A DNA stretch of 64,000 bases, taken from a virus. The notes beneath the pieces are model-generated. The model ran no database searches, was not told the DNA's origin, and was given only the letters and a program-made list of their open reading frames with translations. Made by a program: the position numbers and the translations under genes. Shown one piece after another: positions 10,128 through 19,321 of the stretch (positions are counted from its first letter, which is position 1; each line of letters opens with the position of its first letter). The DNA lies in IMG/VR virus record IMGVR_UViG_3300011113_000747, positions 32,001 to 96,000 of that record; one strand, given 5' to 3'.

Positions 10128-10896
10128 TAATTTTTTGTTTGCAAAATTTTGTTATTTCACTCACCGATTGTAGTGGTATTTGTAATGGTAAACATCCATG
10201 TTTTTCAACAAATATTTTATCAGCATCTTTCATCATTTGTTGGTGGTTTGGTTTTGATGAAATTGTAGATTTTTCTAAACTCCATTCTTCATCACCTAAA
10301 TAGTCCCATGAATTTTCAATATCTGCAAAATACCAAAAAGGAGGATGCATACCTGCTTTAATTATTTCATAAGTGTGATCTACATGCTCACATGCATTGT
10401 AATATCTTTCATCAATTATACCTATTTTATCAATGCATTTTCGAGTATAAAGAGAAAATGCACCCACACAATGTGGGTATAGTGGTAACTTTATTTTACC
10501 ATAATCAACAACAATTCGAGGATTAGGTGTACCTGCAGGCCATGATTTATTCATCATACCATGTTGTGAAAAATTGAAATGTTGAATACCAGTAAGTTTT
10601 GATGCTTCAATATATTTGCTAAAAACAGATACATCTTTAATATAAATATCATCCTCAATCAAAAACAAATAATCACATCCTTTTTCCATGAGGTATTTTA
10701 ACGCTTTGTTTTTTGATTTACCCACACCTAAGTTAACTTCGTTTTCAATTAATACACCATTACCAATATCAAATGGTAATGGTTTACCGTCATTCACAAC
10801 GACAATTTCATTAACTTGTGCAGGTATTAACGAATTTAAACACTTACGTAAAAGTTCTGGTCTATTATGGGTTATAATACCAACTCCAATTTTCAT
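10102..10896 (-). CDS. Glycosyltransferase family 2
   Basis: GIITHNRP, VVVNDG, NLGVGKSKN, LIEDDI, CEHVD. Confidence 0.85.
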   Translation of the reverse strand: MKIGVGIITHNRPELLRKCLNSLIPAQVNEIVVVNDGKPLPFDIGNGVLIENEVNLGVGKSKNKALKYLMEKGCDYLFLIEDDIYIKDVSVFSKYIEASKLTGIQHFNFSQHGMMNKSWPAGTPNPRIVVDYGKIKLPLYPHCVGAFSLYTRKCIDKIGIIDERYYNACEHVDHTYEIIKAGMHPPFWYFADIENSWDYLGDEEWSLEKSTISSKPNHQQMMKDADKIFVEKHGCLPLQIPLQSVSEITKFCKQKINELNSINL

Positions 10897-10943
10897 ATTT
10901 AAAATTTAATATCCAATCCGCTAAACTCAACATAAATAATAGT

Positions 10944-11594
10944 ATGCAGACTAACGGTAAAGACATTTACGTAAATATAAAAGAGTTACCTCTTGTTAAT
11001 GAGGTACAGGCAGGTGATTTTTTTATTGTCGAAACCACACAAGGTACAAATATTATTGATTTTTCTAATATTATCATACCACCTGAAAATACTTCTTTTT
11101 ATGGAGAAATACAGCAACTTCAAACTGACGTTGCTGGTCTTTCAACACTTTATGATTTACAGACAGCTTTAATTGTAGCTGTATCTGGGGAGTTAGATAC
11201 CAAGATTGATTCTACTTCTGCAGAACTTCAAACATCTATCGATAGTGTATCTGCAAATCTTTATGAAAGATTTTATCTTGTAGGTGGTGGTGTTACCTTT
11301 GATGGTAACAGTGTTGAAACAACTGCAGGTGTGAGATGTTTTGCTATCCGAAATGGTGTTGGTAATTATAGTATTGTTTTTGATGACAGTATTGCTACTG
11401 CAGTAGCATCATCTAATCAAGATAAAACAATCGTTCTTGGTGTTGATGGTAACGTAGCTACCGTACAAACATTCCAACTTTCTTATACCTTTGATGTATC
11501 TGGTGGTAGTGGTACTACAGCGATTTCAGCTATTGAAACAGCTCTTTCTTATGAACCGTTTGATGCAGATATTGTTACTGTGATGGGGTTTTAA
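10944..11594 (+). CDS. Putative virion/fibre protein
   Basis: TAAATA at 10933; N-terminal IKELP..V.AGDFFIV motif; coiled coil followed by a beta-rich C-terminus. Confidence 0.55.
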   Translation: MQTNGKDIYVNIKELPLVNEVQAGDFFIVETTQGTNIIDFSNIIIPPENTSFYGEIQQLQTDVAGLSTLYDLQTALIVAVSGELDTKIDSTSAELQTSIDSVSANLYERFYLVGGGVTFDGNSVETTAGVRCFAIRNGVGNYSIVFDDSIATAVASSNQDKTIVLGVDGNVATVQTFQLSYTFDVSGGSGTTAISAIETALSYEPFDADIVTVMGF

Positions 11595-12321
11595 TTTCAC
11601 TAATTAGTTTATTGATTTCATCATCATAGGCTTTTTGCTCTTTTTGTTCTTTGAGCAGCTGCTCCATAATATCTAACTGTTCACCACTAAAGATGCTATG
11701 TTCTTCACCGTAGAGTTCACCACCCTCACCAATATAGTCACCAATTGTAATAAGTCTATTTTCTCTAGATCCCCAAATATCAATTACACCTGGTGAATCA
11801 TTTTTTGGCCAAAATACATCAGCATCAAAATTAGTCTTATACTGATCAATAATACCTTTAAAAATCTGATCAATTTGTTCTCTGTAGATAACACTTACAT
11901 CTCTAAATTCATCATCAACAATACCAAAATTGCATTTATCTGCAGGGATGTAAAAAATAATGTCAAGATTTCTCATTGACTCTTTAACCATGTCAATGGT
12001 TTCATCTACAAACTTACCGTCAATAGAACCAGGCATATATCTATATGCCCAGAGAGTATATACAAGATTATCTAACAAGCAACGATCATAAACAATCTTA
12101 TCACCTTGCTTATTTTTTTTAATTTCACCGTACATCCAATCACGAATTAAACGCTGAGTTTCCTGAGTTGTATTTGAAGAATGGGTAAGTCCATTCTCTT
12201 TAATTACATCCCTATAGCTTTTATCTAAAGTTTTATATTGCGGCCAACAAGTAAGAAAGTCTCTAATTAGTGTTGTCTTACCGGTATTTTGTGCGCCTGA
12301 AAAAGCTATTCTCATAATCAA
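11575..12321 (-). CDS. P-loop nucleotide kinase (AAA_28/NadR-like)
   Basis: GAQNTGKTT Walker A; YDRCLLD. Confidence 0.7.
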   Translation of the reverse strand: MIMRIAFSGAQNTGKTTLIRDFLTCWPQYKTLDKSYRDVIKENGLTHSSNTTQETQRLIRDWMYGEIKKNKQGDKIVYDRCLLDNLVYTLWAYRYMPGSIDGKFVDETIDMVKESMRNLDIIFYIPADKCNFGIVDDEFRDVSVIYREQIDQIFKGIIDQYKTNFDADVFWPKNDSPGVIDIWGSRENRLITIGDYIGEGGELYGEEHSIFSGEQLDIMEQLLKEQKEQKAYDDEINKLISEIKTPSQ

Positions 12322-12329
12322 TATATAGT

Positions 12330-12980
12330 TTAATGTCCGAAAGCTTCAATGGTATATTTGAAAGGATTACCTTCAATGTTTTTTACAAGATCAAGCATGG
12401 TTGCGGCAATGTCACGAATTTCTTTCTGTGCATCAGGCTTGTTACGAAGCCTCAAGAAATGATGAAAAGACCTCCAATTGAACATTACATCAGCTTGAAT
12501 CTGAGAGTTGTATGTCTTGAAGAAACGGGCAGATTCTTTTGCACGCTTGCGACCAAGAACAGGTTCAAGGTCTTTGAGGCATTGATGATAAATTCTATTA
12601 CCTAATTCAGTATATTCCTTCAAAGCATCTAACCAAGTTTCACCCGTTTTCTTCCAAGAAATTTCTATATCTTCCCAATCATCAGGAATGTAATATTTGT
12701 CTTCTTTCAGTTCTTTATACCTAGCACTCTCACCATTGATTGAAACACCAATGCGATGCTTAAGAAGGTGAATGTGAGAAGCAATGTCGCAATCCACAAG
12801 AAAATGCAGGCTGCTTTTCTCGAAAGGGGTATGGTGTCCTGCATCTGCAAGCATTTTGAGGAGTTTCGGAATGCGTTCACGTTTTTCTTCTGTAATGTCA
12901 CGGCTAGTAGAGGTCCATGCAGAGCATGCATGAATCTCGTCACTGCCGTAAAATCCAATTAGTTCAACTTTGTTTTTCAT
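12330..12980 (-). CDS. thyX: Flavin-dependent thymidylate synthase
   Basis: GHHTPFE, HLLKHR..SINGESARY, FLRLRNKPDAQKEIR. Confidence 0.9.
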   Translation of the reverse strand: MKNKVELIGFYGSDEIHACSAWTSTSRDITEEKRERIPKLLKMLADAGHHTPFEKSSLHFLVDCDIASHIHLLKHRIGVSINGESARYKELKEDKYYIPDDWEDIEISWKKTGETWLDALKEYTELGNRIYHQCLKDLEPVLGRKRAKESARFFKTYNSQIQADVMFNWRSFHHFLRLRNKPDAQKEIRDIAATMLDLVKNIEGNPFKYTIEAFGH

Positions 12981-13339
12981 TCAAGTGTGAGCAAATACAT
13001 TAACTGATTAATTTCAGCTTCAATTTCATCTTTGATATTAAGAAGGTCTTTATTATCACCATTAGCTAAATCCTGTGAAAGATCTGCCATAATTTTATCT
13101 TTATATTCCTGAATAATGTTTACAAAAGACTGTAAAGAATAAGAGTCAAGACTAAAACCGTATTGCATTTCTTTTTCTGGTCGTCCATACTTACCATAAT
13201 AAACTTCAACAAATCTATCAAATAGTTTATCTAAAGCTTCATATGCGTTACCAAGAGCAATATGTTGTGCATAAGATCTAGTTTGCCAGTGAAAAATTTT
13301 AATCTGACTTAGGAATGCTAGGAATGTAGTTAATTTCAT
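12977..13339 (-). CDS. Ferritin/Dps-like protein (DUF5856-like)
   Basis: KIFHWQT..YAQHIALG..YE.LD...DRFVEVYYG; YLLTLE C-terminus. Confidence 0.65.
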   Translation of the reverse strand: MKLTTFLAFLSQIKIFHWQTRSYAQHIALGNAYEALDKLFDRFVEVYYGKYGRPEKEMQYGFSLDSYSLQSFVNIIQEYKDKIMADLSQDLANGDNKDLLNIKDEIEAEINQLMYLLTLE

Positions 13340-13959
13340 TTTGTTATATTGTAAATGTAATGGTCTGAAGTTTCAATCTTGCGACTATTTTCCACAGAAT
13401 ATAAATTCATATCAATAAGATATCCAGGATTTTTTTCAATTCTATTTTTAATCCAAGCATCATCATACCAAATAACTCTGTTATTTGGATAGGCAAAATA
13501 ATTACCTTCATCCATTTTAAATACATGAGCACATTTATGTTCAGATGTTTCTGAAAAATTTATATCAGTAGCTCCTGATTTATTTTCCCAAGACCAATCT
13601 AATGTAAACATATAAATGCCTTGTAGCTTTTCTTGTTTATAAGTTATAAGCTCTGCTCTAAGACCTGATAATCTCTGCCTTACCTGCACATCAATATAGG
13701 GTGAAAAACAATCCCAATACATATGCTCATTCAACGGTCTTACTGGAGCATCTTTTTTCCAACAAAAAGCATTGATGGGTCTACGAGTCCAGTTAACACC
13801 ATTTTCTAAAAATGCTTCAAATAACGGTGAGCGTTTTTCTATAGATGCTACACTATGTACATCACATAGTGTAAATTGTCCATGCCCTTTAGTATGGTTA
13901 AACATATACTCATTACGAATGTAACAAGTAATTACAGGTATATTGTGATTAAGATACAT
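13336..13959 (-). CDS. Conserved phage hypothetical protein
   Basis: YLNHNIP..CYIRNEY, HKCAH, FAYPNNR; 207 aa in the operon. Confidence 0.6.
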   Translation of the reverse strand: MYLNHNIPVITCYIRNEYMFNHTKGHGQFTLCDVHSVASIEKRSPLFEAFLENGVNWTRRPINAFCWKKDAPVRPLNEHMYWDCFSPYIDVQVRQRLSGLRAELITYKQEKLQGIYMFTLDWSWENKSGATDINFSETSEHKCAHVFKMDEGNYFAYPNNRVIWYDDAWIKNRIEKNPGYLIDMNLYSVENSRKIETSDHYIYNITK

Positions 13960-14350
13960 TCCAGTCTCTTTCTTTTGGCAAGTAGTAGCAAGTCAATTCT
14001 TCACCTGAAATAATATTTCTAATGGCCCAATATTCATCTGTTTCAGAGTCATAATGAAGATTGGGGTTATCAGAATGATTTACAAAATATGATGCATTGA
14101 TATCATTGGGTGGTCTATCAATAATAATTCCAGATTCGTTTGTATGACAAATTGATTTAAAATATGATAATGAAATAAATGGAATTACATCCCATGGTAA
14201 GGTGTAATTGCGTTTTGGTTTAAACACTAAAGTGTCTTTTGCTATGTTGGTGACAGCAAACACACCAACCCCACCTTTATCAATAATAGATGGTTTGAGC
14301 CTCACAATATGCTCTTCTTTAAACGCTTGTAATATATCTAGATAGTTCAT
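13949..14350 (-). CDS. SET-domain methyltransferase
   Basis: GGVGVFA, YFVNHSDNPN, AIRNIISGEELTCYY. Confidence 0.85.
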   Translation of the reverse strand: MNYLDILQAFKEEHIVRLKPSIIDKGGVGVFAVTNIAKDTLVFKPKRNYTLPWDVIPFISLSYFKSICHTNESGIIIDRPPNDINASYFVNHSDNPNLHYDSETDEYWAIRNIISGEELTCYYLPKERDWNVS

Positions 14351-15123
14351 ACCTTTAAAGCTTTATCCCAGAGAAGTAAATGAAGTCGAGGACTGAAATT
14401 AACATTCATTGCTTTTGCATACTCTGCAACTGCAGGAGCTTTTTCAATATGTTCAGCACGAGAACCACAACATGGCATAAACCAAATACGATGTAATGGT
14501 ACATTAATACCTTTATCATCATTCACATACTTTTTCCAAACCTCTTCAATATCTTTATCCGTATTAATAACAAATTTAAATCCACTTTCATATTGACTAT
14601 GCCATCTAAGTGCATCTGGTTTGTAAGTTCTATTTTCAGGATCACCATTATGAGTTAATTTTGGTGATGTTGTAAATGTTGCAAAGAAATCTGTCTTCCA
14701 GTTTTGATCAGGAATAATTGTTGCATTAGTTTCAAAATCAATTCGTGGTGTTTTTCCAAGCTTATTTGAAATATATTCAACAAACTTCAACAACTTAATT
14801 TCCTGAATTAGAGGTTCACCACCAGTTAGTTTAAGAATGGCACCTTTATTAAGTTTTTCAGCATAACCACTTTTTAAGAAGAACTCTTCCCAAATATCAG
14901 CAAATTTCATTTTATTTTTTACTGACCATGAAATGTATGAATCACATCCATGAGGTGAATCAGCACTTGCAAATCCTTTACATGTAAGATTGCACATTGA
15001 CATTCTCATAAACACTGAAGGTTGACCAATATATTCACCTTCACCTTCTAGCGTATAAAATAGTTTATCGTCTGATAAGAAGATTACCTCGTCGTCTAAA
15101 TTCATATTTATAGTATAAAACAT
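14347..15123 (-). CDS. queE: 7-carboxy-7-deazaguanine synthase (radical SAM)
   Basis: FYTLEGEG, CNLTC...CDS, LTGGEPL, FETN, SPKL, SPRLHLLLW. Confidence 0.9.
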   Translation of the reverse strand: MFYTINMNLDDEVIFLSDDKLFYTLEGEGEYIGQPSVFMRMSMCNLTCKGFASADSPHGCDSYISWSVKNKMKFADIWEEFFLKSGYAEKLNKGAILKLTGGEPLIQEIKLLKFVEYISNKLGKTPRIDFETNATIIPDQNWKTDFFATFTTSPKLTHNGDPENRTYKPDALRWHSQYESGFKFVINTDKDIEEVWKKYVNDDKGINVPLHRIWFMPCCGSRAEHIEKAPAVAEYAKAMNVNFSPRLHLLLWDKALKV

Positions 15124-15172
15124 GTTTTGGTCATTTCAACTTGCATTTTGAAAAATAGATAAATATTTGCAT

Positions 15173-15949
15173 ATGTCTAAAAAAACTCGTAAACGTGACG
15201 AAAGTCACGAGTTGGTGACGGAATTATATGATAATTTTAACAGAAATGCATACCTCAATTATGAGATAAAAATGCCATTTCAATTTAACGAAAGACATAC
15301 AGAAATGTTACATCTTTTACAAACAAATAAAACCAAAATGGTTTTTGTAGATGGACCAGCTGGAACAGCTAAAACATATATTGCTGTATTAGCAGGATTA
15401 CATCTCCTTAAGGAGCATTACATTGACAATATTTACTATATTAGATCTATTGTCGAGTCTGCATCAAGGCAAATAGGCTCTCTACCTGGAGAAATTGATG
15501 ACAAATTCTTACCATGGTCAATGCCTCTTATTGATAAAATTACAGAGATCTCTGGTAAAATAACTGCTGATAATCTTTACAAAGGTGAAATGATTAAAGG
15601 TTTACCGGTTAATTTTTGTAGAGGTTTAACATTTAACAAATCATTAGTAATTGTTGATGAAGCTCAAAACCTTACTAAAGAAGAGCTTACAACAATTCTT
15701 ACAAGATTTGGTCATAAATCCAAATACGTTATCGTTGGGGATACATTCCAATCAGACATAAAAAACTCCGGATTCAAGGACATATATAATGCCTTCAATA
15801 CGGAGTTTAGTAAAGATAACCAGATTTATTGCCTCAAATTTTATAATGAGGATATTGTAAGATCAGAAATTCTCAAACACATTGTAAGAGTGCTTGAGAG
15901 TATTCCAAAAACTCAACCCCATCTAGTACCAGCAAACAAACCTGAATAA
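15173..15949 (+). CDS. phoH: PhoH-like ATPase
   Basis: GPAGTAKTY, RGLTF, DEAQN, GDTFQSD, DIVRS. Confidence 0.9.
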   Translation: MSKKTRKRDESHELVTELYDNFNRNAYLNYEIKMPFQFNERHTEMLHLLQTNKTKMVFVDGPAGTAKTYIAVLAGLHLLKEHYIDNIYYIRSIVESASRQIGSLPGEIDDKFLPWSMPLIDKITEISGKITADNLYKGEMIKGLPVNFCRGLTFNKSLVIVDEAQNLTKEELTTILTRFGHKSKYVIVGDTFQSDIKNSGFKDIYNAFNTEFSKDNQIYCLKFYNEDIVRSEILKHIVRVLESIPKTQPHLVPANKPE

Positions 15950-16599
15950 TTACCACTTGTAGGTTGTTTACCAACAGGAGCTGCAGTATCATTTACTGGT
16001 CCTTGTACCGGAGCCACTTCTTGCTCTTTAAGTTGTTCCGCAGTTATTTCTAATTGTTTTTGTTGAACTGCAGCTTCTTGAGTAAGATATGTTTTAACTA
16101 ACTCTTCTGCTGTCTCTAAATTTGTTGTGGTAAGCATACCATGATCAACAAATTTAGGATTTACATATATTGCAGAGTTTTTTTCATGTTCAAACACTTC
16201 TACTTTTTCCACCCAACGAAGTCCTCCGAAACGTTTCTCTAAGAAATCAGTCGCAATATTAAAGCATAATTCTGCAGTACGTTCAATACCAACACCTTTT
16301 TCAAAAATACGAAGATCAATTACACCCTTTTCGTGTAACTGTCTAAAATCTTCTAAAAACGGATCATCTTGAGCTACACAAAATGTATGATCAAAAATTG
16401 TATTGAGTGTATTTTTAAGTTCGTCAAGATCACCAAAATCGACAACCCAATTACGATTATCGAGAAAATCTCCTCCGAAATAAAATTTAGCTTTTAATTC
16501 ATAACCGTGAATTTTTGAACAATGACTAGTCGTTGCTCTCCACTGACGAAATGCACACGAACCCAAACTAATTAACTTTGTTGATTGATATAATCCCAT
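15913..16599 (-). CDS. queD: 6-carboxytetrahydropterin synthase with C-terminal extension
   Basis: CAFRQW..HCSKIHGY, WVVDFG, FDHT, VEVFEHEKNSA. Confidence 0.85.
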   Translation of the reverse strand: MGLYQSTKLISLGSCAFRQWRATTSHCSKIHGYELKAKFYFGGDFLDNRNWVVDFGDLDELKNTLNTIFDHTFCVAQDDPFLEDFRQLHEKGVIDLRIFEKGVGIERTAELCFNIATDFLEKRFGGLRWVEKVEVFEHEKNSAIYVNPKFVDHGMLTTTNLETAEELVKTYLTQEAAVQQKQLEITAEQLKEQEVAPVQGPVNDTAAPVGKQPTSGNYSGLFAGTRWG

Positions 16600-16740
16600 A
16601 TTAATAATTATAACGTTTTATTTTTGGGTTTCAACTTTTTTTTTTATTCTCTTATTTATTTAATATTATATATCACCAAAAATCAACTGACTTTTTTTAA
16701 CTTTTTTTCTTGAACATTTAAAAAAAGATGCCATATTATA

Positions 16741-17352
16741 ATGTATATGAGTCAAAAATACGATTTAATTGCAGCTGAAGAAGCTTATGGTAAATTTTTA
16801 GAGGCTTTAGGCTTCGATTGGAAAAATAATCCGCATATGGAAGATACCCCACATCGAGTTGCTAAAGCTTGGGTGCATGATCTTGCAAGAGGTTGTTTTG
16901 AAAACGAACCAAAGATTACAGCATTTGAAAACGATGGTCAGTATGATGGTATGGTTTGTCAAACAAACATTCCAGTAATCAGTATGTGTGCACATCATAA
17001 TCTTCCTTTTATGGGTTATGCTCACGTTGCATACATTCCATCTCCAGATGGTAAAGTGATTGGTCTTTCGAAATTGAATCGAATTGTCGATTATATTTCT
17101 CGTCGTCCTTCTGTGCAAGAAACTTTGAATATGGACATTCATAAGTTCATTGATAAAGTTTGCTCTAATAATAAAGGTGTTGCAGTTATGGTTGAAGCAA
17201 ATCATACTTGTTGCTCTTTGCGTGGTATTAAGCAGAATTCAACAATGAGAACAGCTCGTATGTCTGGTTCATTTCATGAGCTTGGAGATAATAGCCGAAA
17301 TGAATTCTATAAATTTATTGAATTTGCACAAAATAGTCGGTCGTTAGTTTAA
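16741..17352 (+). CDS. folE: GTP cyclohydrolase I
   Basis: DTPHRVAK, SMCAHHNLPF, GLSKLNRIV, EANHTCCSLRG. Confidence 0.93.
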   Translation: MYMSQKYDLIAAEEAYGKFLEALGFDWKNNPHMEDTPHRVAKAWVHDLARGCFENEPKITAFENDGQYDGMVCQTNIPVISMCAHHNLPFMGYAHVAYIPSPDGKVIGLSKLNRIVDYISRRPSVQETLNMDIHKFIDKVCSNNKGVAVMVEANHTCCSLRGIKQNSTMRTARMSGSFHELGDNSRNEFYKFIEFAQNSRSLV

Positions 17353-17368
17353 GGAAATATTATATAAT
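17353..17368 (+). promoter_or_regulatory. GGAAA-N5-TATAAT promoter
   Basis: One of nine identically spaced copies; 6 nt before the ATG at 17375. Confidence 0.6.
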
Positions 17369-17374
17369 TCGGTT

Positions 17375-17911
17375 ATGAATATTTTTGTAACCGATGAAGA
17401 TCCTGTTGTATCAGCAATTAATCTTTGTGATCAACATGCAAGATCTAAAATGATTATCGAGTCCTGCATTATGCTACAAAACGCATTTTCGCAGGACTCG
17501 CTTTCTCATGAATCATGCCCTCGAACTAAAACAGGTCGAGTACGCAGACGAGGTAAAGGGTATGCAAAACATCAGTGCACTCTTTGGACGATTGAATCGC
17601 AATCTAATTTCGAATGGTTGCTTGAACATGCTCTTGCAATGGTTGATGAACGAAACTTCAGATGGCCTAATAGTCCAGAACATTTTAGTGTATCGTTTTT
17701 AAAATGGTGTAAGGAAAATCGGTATAATACGATTATTGAAAGAAAAGGTTTAACACCATTTACTGTTGCGATAAGTCAAGATAGTGAATGCCGTCAGATC
17801 AAAGCTTTCAATAAGCTCTCTGTTATTGATCAATATAGACAATATATTGTCCATGACAAAGACTTCGCAACCTGGACAAAAAGAAAAAAGCCTTTTTGGT
17901 ATGGAAAATAA
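17375..17911 (+). CDS. Pyrimidine-dimer DNA glycosylase (DenV) family-like protein
   Basis: MNIFV.DEDP..SA..LCDQH..KM..ESCIML, HQCTLW, YRQY, W.KR.KP.W. Confidence 0.65.
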   Translation: MNIFVTDEDPVVSAINLCDQHARSKMIIESCIMLQNAFSQDSLSHESCPRTKTGRVRRRGKGYAKHQCTLWTIESQSNFEWLLEHALAMVDERNFRWPNSPEHFSVSFLKWCKENRYNTIIERKGLTPFTVAISQDSECRQIKAFNKLSVIDQYRQYIVHDKDFATWTKRKKPFWYGK

Positions 17912-18062
17912 GCTCAGCTAATATAAATAAAATTAGATGAACCATAATGTCACATACCTCAATACAGGCGCCTTTAGTAAAGGTTGCGAGGGGTATGATT
18001 GGTCTAATCCGATGCCGCAACGAATTTCGAAAAGATAATTTAAGAAAAGAAGTTGAAGTAAA

Positions 18063-18078
18063 GGAAAAAGACTATAAT
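18063..18078 (+). promoter_or_regulatory. GGAAA-N5-TATAAT promoter at the head of the tRNA array
   Basis: ggaaa aagac tataat. Confidence 0.6.
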
Positions 18079-18266
18079 ATAAAGACATAACACAAAAGGT
18101 TCACGACGAGGGATGACCAAAACAGCCCAAGAGCTCGCAGAATGCGACGTAAAGCGAAAAGCTGACAGTGATATAAAGTATTGAAATAAAATAAAGCATA
18201 TGGGTTAGTAATGCAAATTGCATGAGGCTCCCCCGGTGTAGCCACCACAAGCCATGAATTTCAAAA

Positions 18267-18341
18267 GGCTGCTTAGCTGAGATAGATTAGCGTCTGCCTG
18301 AAGAGCAGAATAGACTGGAGCGTTACCAGTAGCAGCCACCA
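18267..18341 (+). tRNA. tRNA-Phe(GAA)
   Basis: GGCTGCT/AGCAGCC acceptor; TCTGC-CTGAAGA-GCAGA; T-loop AGCGTTA; encoded CCA. Confidence 0.85.
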
Positions 18342-18409
18342 TTTTTAGTTGGAGAACTGATCCTTCAGACTTTCGGTGATCTGAAGCAAAGAAAACACCG
18401 TACAATTTC

Positions 18410-18498
18410 GGGACCTGCCCCCATCAATGGACTGTAAATCCATTGCCATTAATAAGATGGGAAGTTGGCAAGTGGTGCGTTACCACCAGGGCCCACCA
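18410..18498 (+). tRNA. tRNA-Tyr(GTA)-like, lacking a D-arm
   Basis: GGGACCT/AGGGCCC; ATGGA-CTGTAAA-TCCAT; T-arm GTGG-TGCGTTA-CCAC; ACCA. Confidence 0.65.
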
Positions 18499-18504
18499 TT
18501 TCAA

Positions 18505-18591
18505 GTTGGAGACATCGCGCTGTGTTGTCTTTAAAACGCTAACCAACAAGAACAAACCAGTCGTGTCTGCTGGTATAGAAAAAGACACACA
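18505..18591 (+). ncRNA. Candidate pseudoknotted RNA element
   Basis: GTTGG/CCAAC stem; its loop TGTGTTGTCTTT is complementary to downstream AAAGACACACA; intervening ACCAG/CTGGT hairpin. Confidence 0.4.
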
Positions 18592-18592
18592 T

Positions 18593-18685
18593 GGAGAGAG
18601 TCCGGCTAGACGAGGAGCAATCTTGGAAAGATTGTAGACGCAGCTCTGCTGGGTCTGGTGGGTGCGAGTCCCCCTCTCTCCTCCA
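18593..18685 (+). tRNA. tRNA-Ser(GGA)
   Basis: GGAGAGA/TCTCTCC; CAATC-TTGGAAA-GATTG; long variable arm; T-loop TGCGAGT. Confidence 0.85.
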
Positions 18686-18691
18686 TTTTCT

Positions 18692-18781
18692 GGGTAGTTA
18701 ACTAGACAAGCGCGCTAGGACCGACTTGAAATCGGATCGAGGTGTAAAAGCCTTGGGGTGCAAGCCCTCAGCTGCCCGCCA
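18692..18781 (+). tRNA. tRNA-Ser(TGA)
   Basis: GGGTAGT/GCTGCCC; CCGA-CTTGAAA-TCGG; variable arm; GCCA. Confidence 0.85.
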
Positions 18782-18787
18782 TTTTTT

Positions 18788-18862
18788 GCGGATATAATTC
18801 AGTGGTAGAATATCTCGTTGCCAACGAGAGTGTCGTCGGTTCAAATCCGACTATCCGCTCCA
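18788..18862 (+). tRNA. tRNA-Gly(GCC)
   Basis: Canonical cloverleaf; CTCGT-TGCCA-ACGAG; TCCA. Confidence 0.92.
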
Positions 18863-18871
18863 TTTTCAAAA

Positions 18872-18946
18872 GCGGTGTAGATGTTAATGGCTGCACACCT
18901 GACTTCCAATCAGAAGGAGGGGGTTCGATTCCCCCACACCGCACCA
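18872..18946 (+). tRNA. tRNA-Gly(TCC)
   Basis: GCGGTGT/ACACCGC; CTGA-CTTCCAA-TCAG; GGTTCGA. Confidence 0.9.
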
Positions 18947-18953
18947 ATTTTAA

Positions 18954-19030
18954 CGGGATGTAGCTCAGCCTGGTAGAGCGCTTGCTTTGGGAGCAAGATG
19001 TCGTCGGTTCGAATCCGGCTATCCCGACCA
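18954..19030 (+). tRNA. tRNA-Pro(TGG)
   Basis: Canonical; CTTGC-TTTGGGA-GCAAG. Confidence 0.92.
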
Positions 19031-19035
19031 TTTAT

Positions 19036-19128
19036 GGAGAGTTAACTGGACAAGCGCGCCAGGGATGTTTGCTAAACATCACGCACTTCCCTCAGAGGTG
19101 TGCGGGGCAGGACCGCAGCTCTCCTCCA
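19036..19128 (+). tRNA. tRNA-Ser(GCT)
   Basis: GATGT-TTGCTAA-ACATC; variable arm; T-loop GGCAGGA. Confidence 0.85.
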
Positions 19129-19136
19129 TTTTTATT

Positions 19137-19213
19137 CGGGTGGTGTCTGGACAAGTAAACGAGCTCGGTTTGGATCCGAGTATATGTGGGAGCGTTACCC
19201 ACTCACCCGACCA
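19137..19213 (+). tRNA. tRNA-Pro(TGG), second divergent copy
   Basis: CGGGTGG/TCACCCG; CTCGG-TTTGGAT-CCGAG; T-loop AGCGTTA. Confidence 0.8.
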
Positions 19214-19223
19214 ATTTCAAAAA

Positions 19224-19312
19224 TCCCCCTTAGCTCAGTGGTAGAGCGCTTGGCTGTTAACCAGGAGGCCCTTATAAGGTATAGCGACGATCGTAACGTC
19301 GAGGGGGAGCCA
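19224..19312 (+). tRNA. tRNA-Asn(GTT) with long variable arm
   Basis: TCCCCCT/AGGGGGA; CTTGG-CTGTTAA-CCAGG; variable hairpin CCTTATAAGG; T-arm CGACG-ATCGTAA-CGTCG. Confidence 0.8.
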
Positions 19313-19321
19313 ATTTCAAAA

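Noticed and set aside
17938-18260. Mini-ORFs (33 aa from about 17938; 23 aa from about 18110) and weak hairpins at 18200-18260
   Set aside because: Too short, with no good RBS or recognisable motif; cannot be supported.
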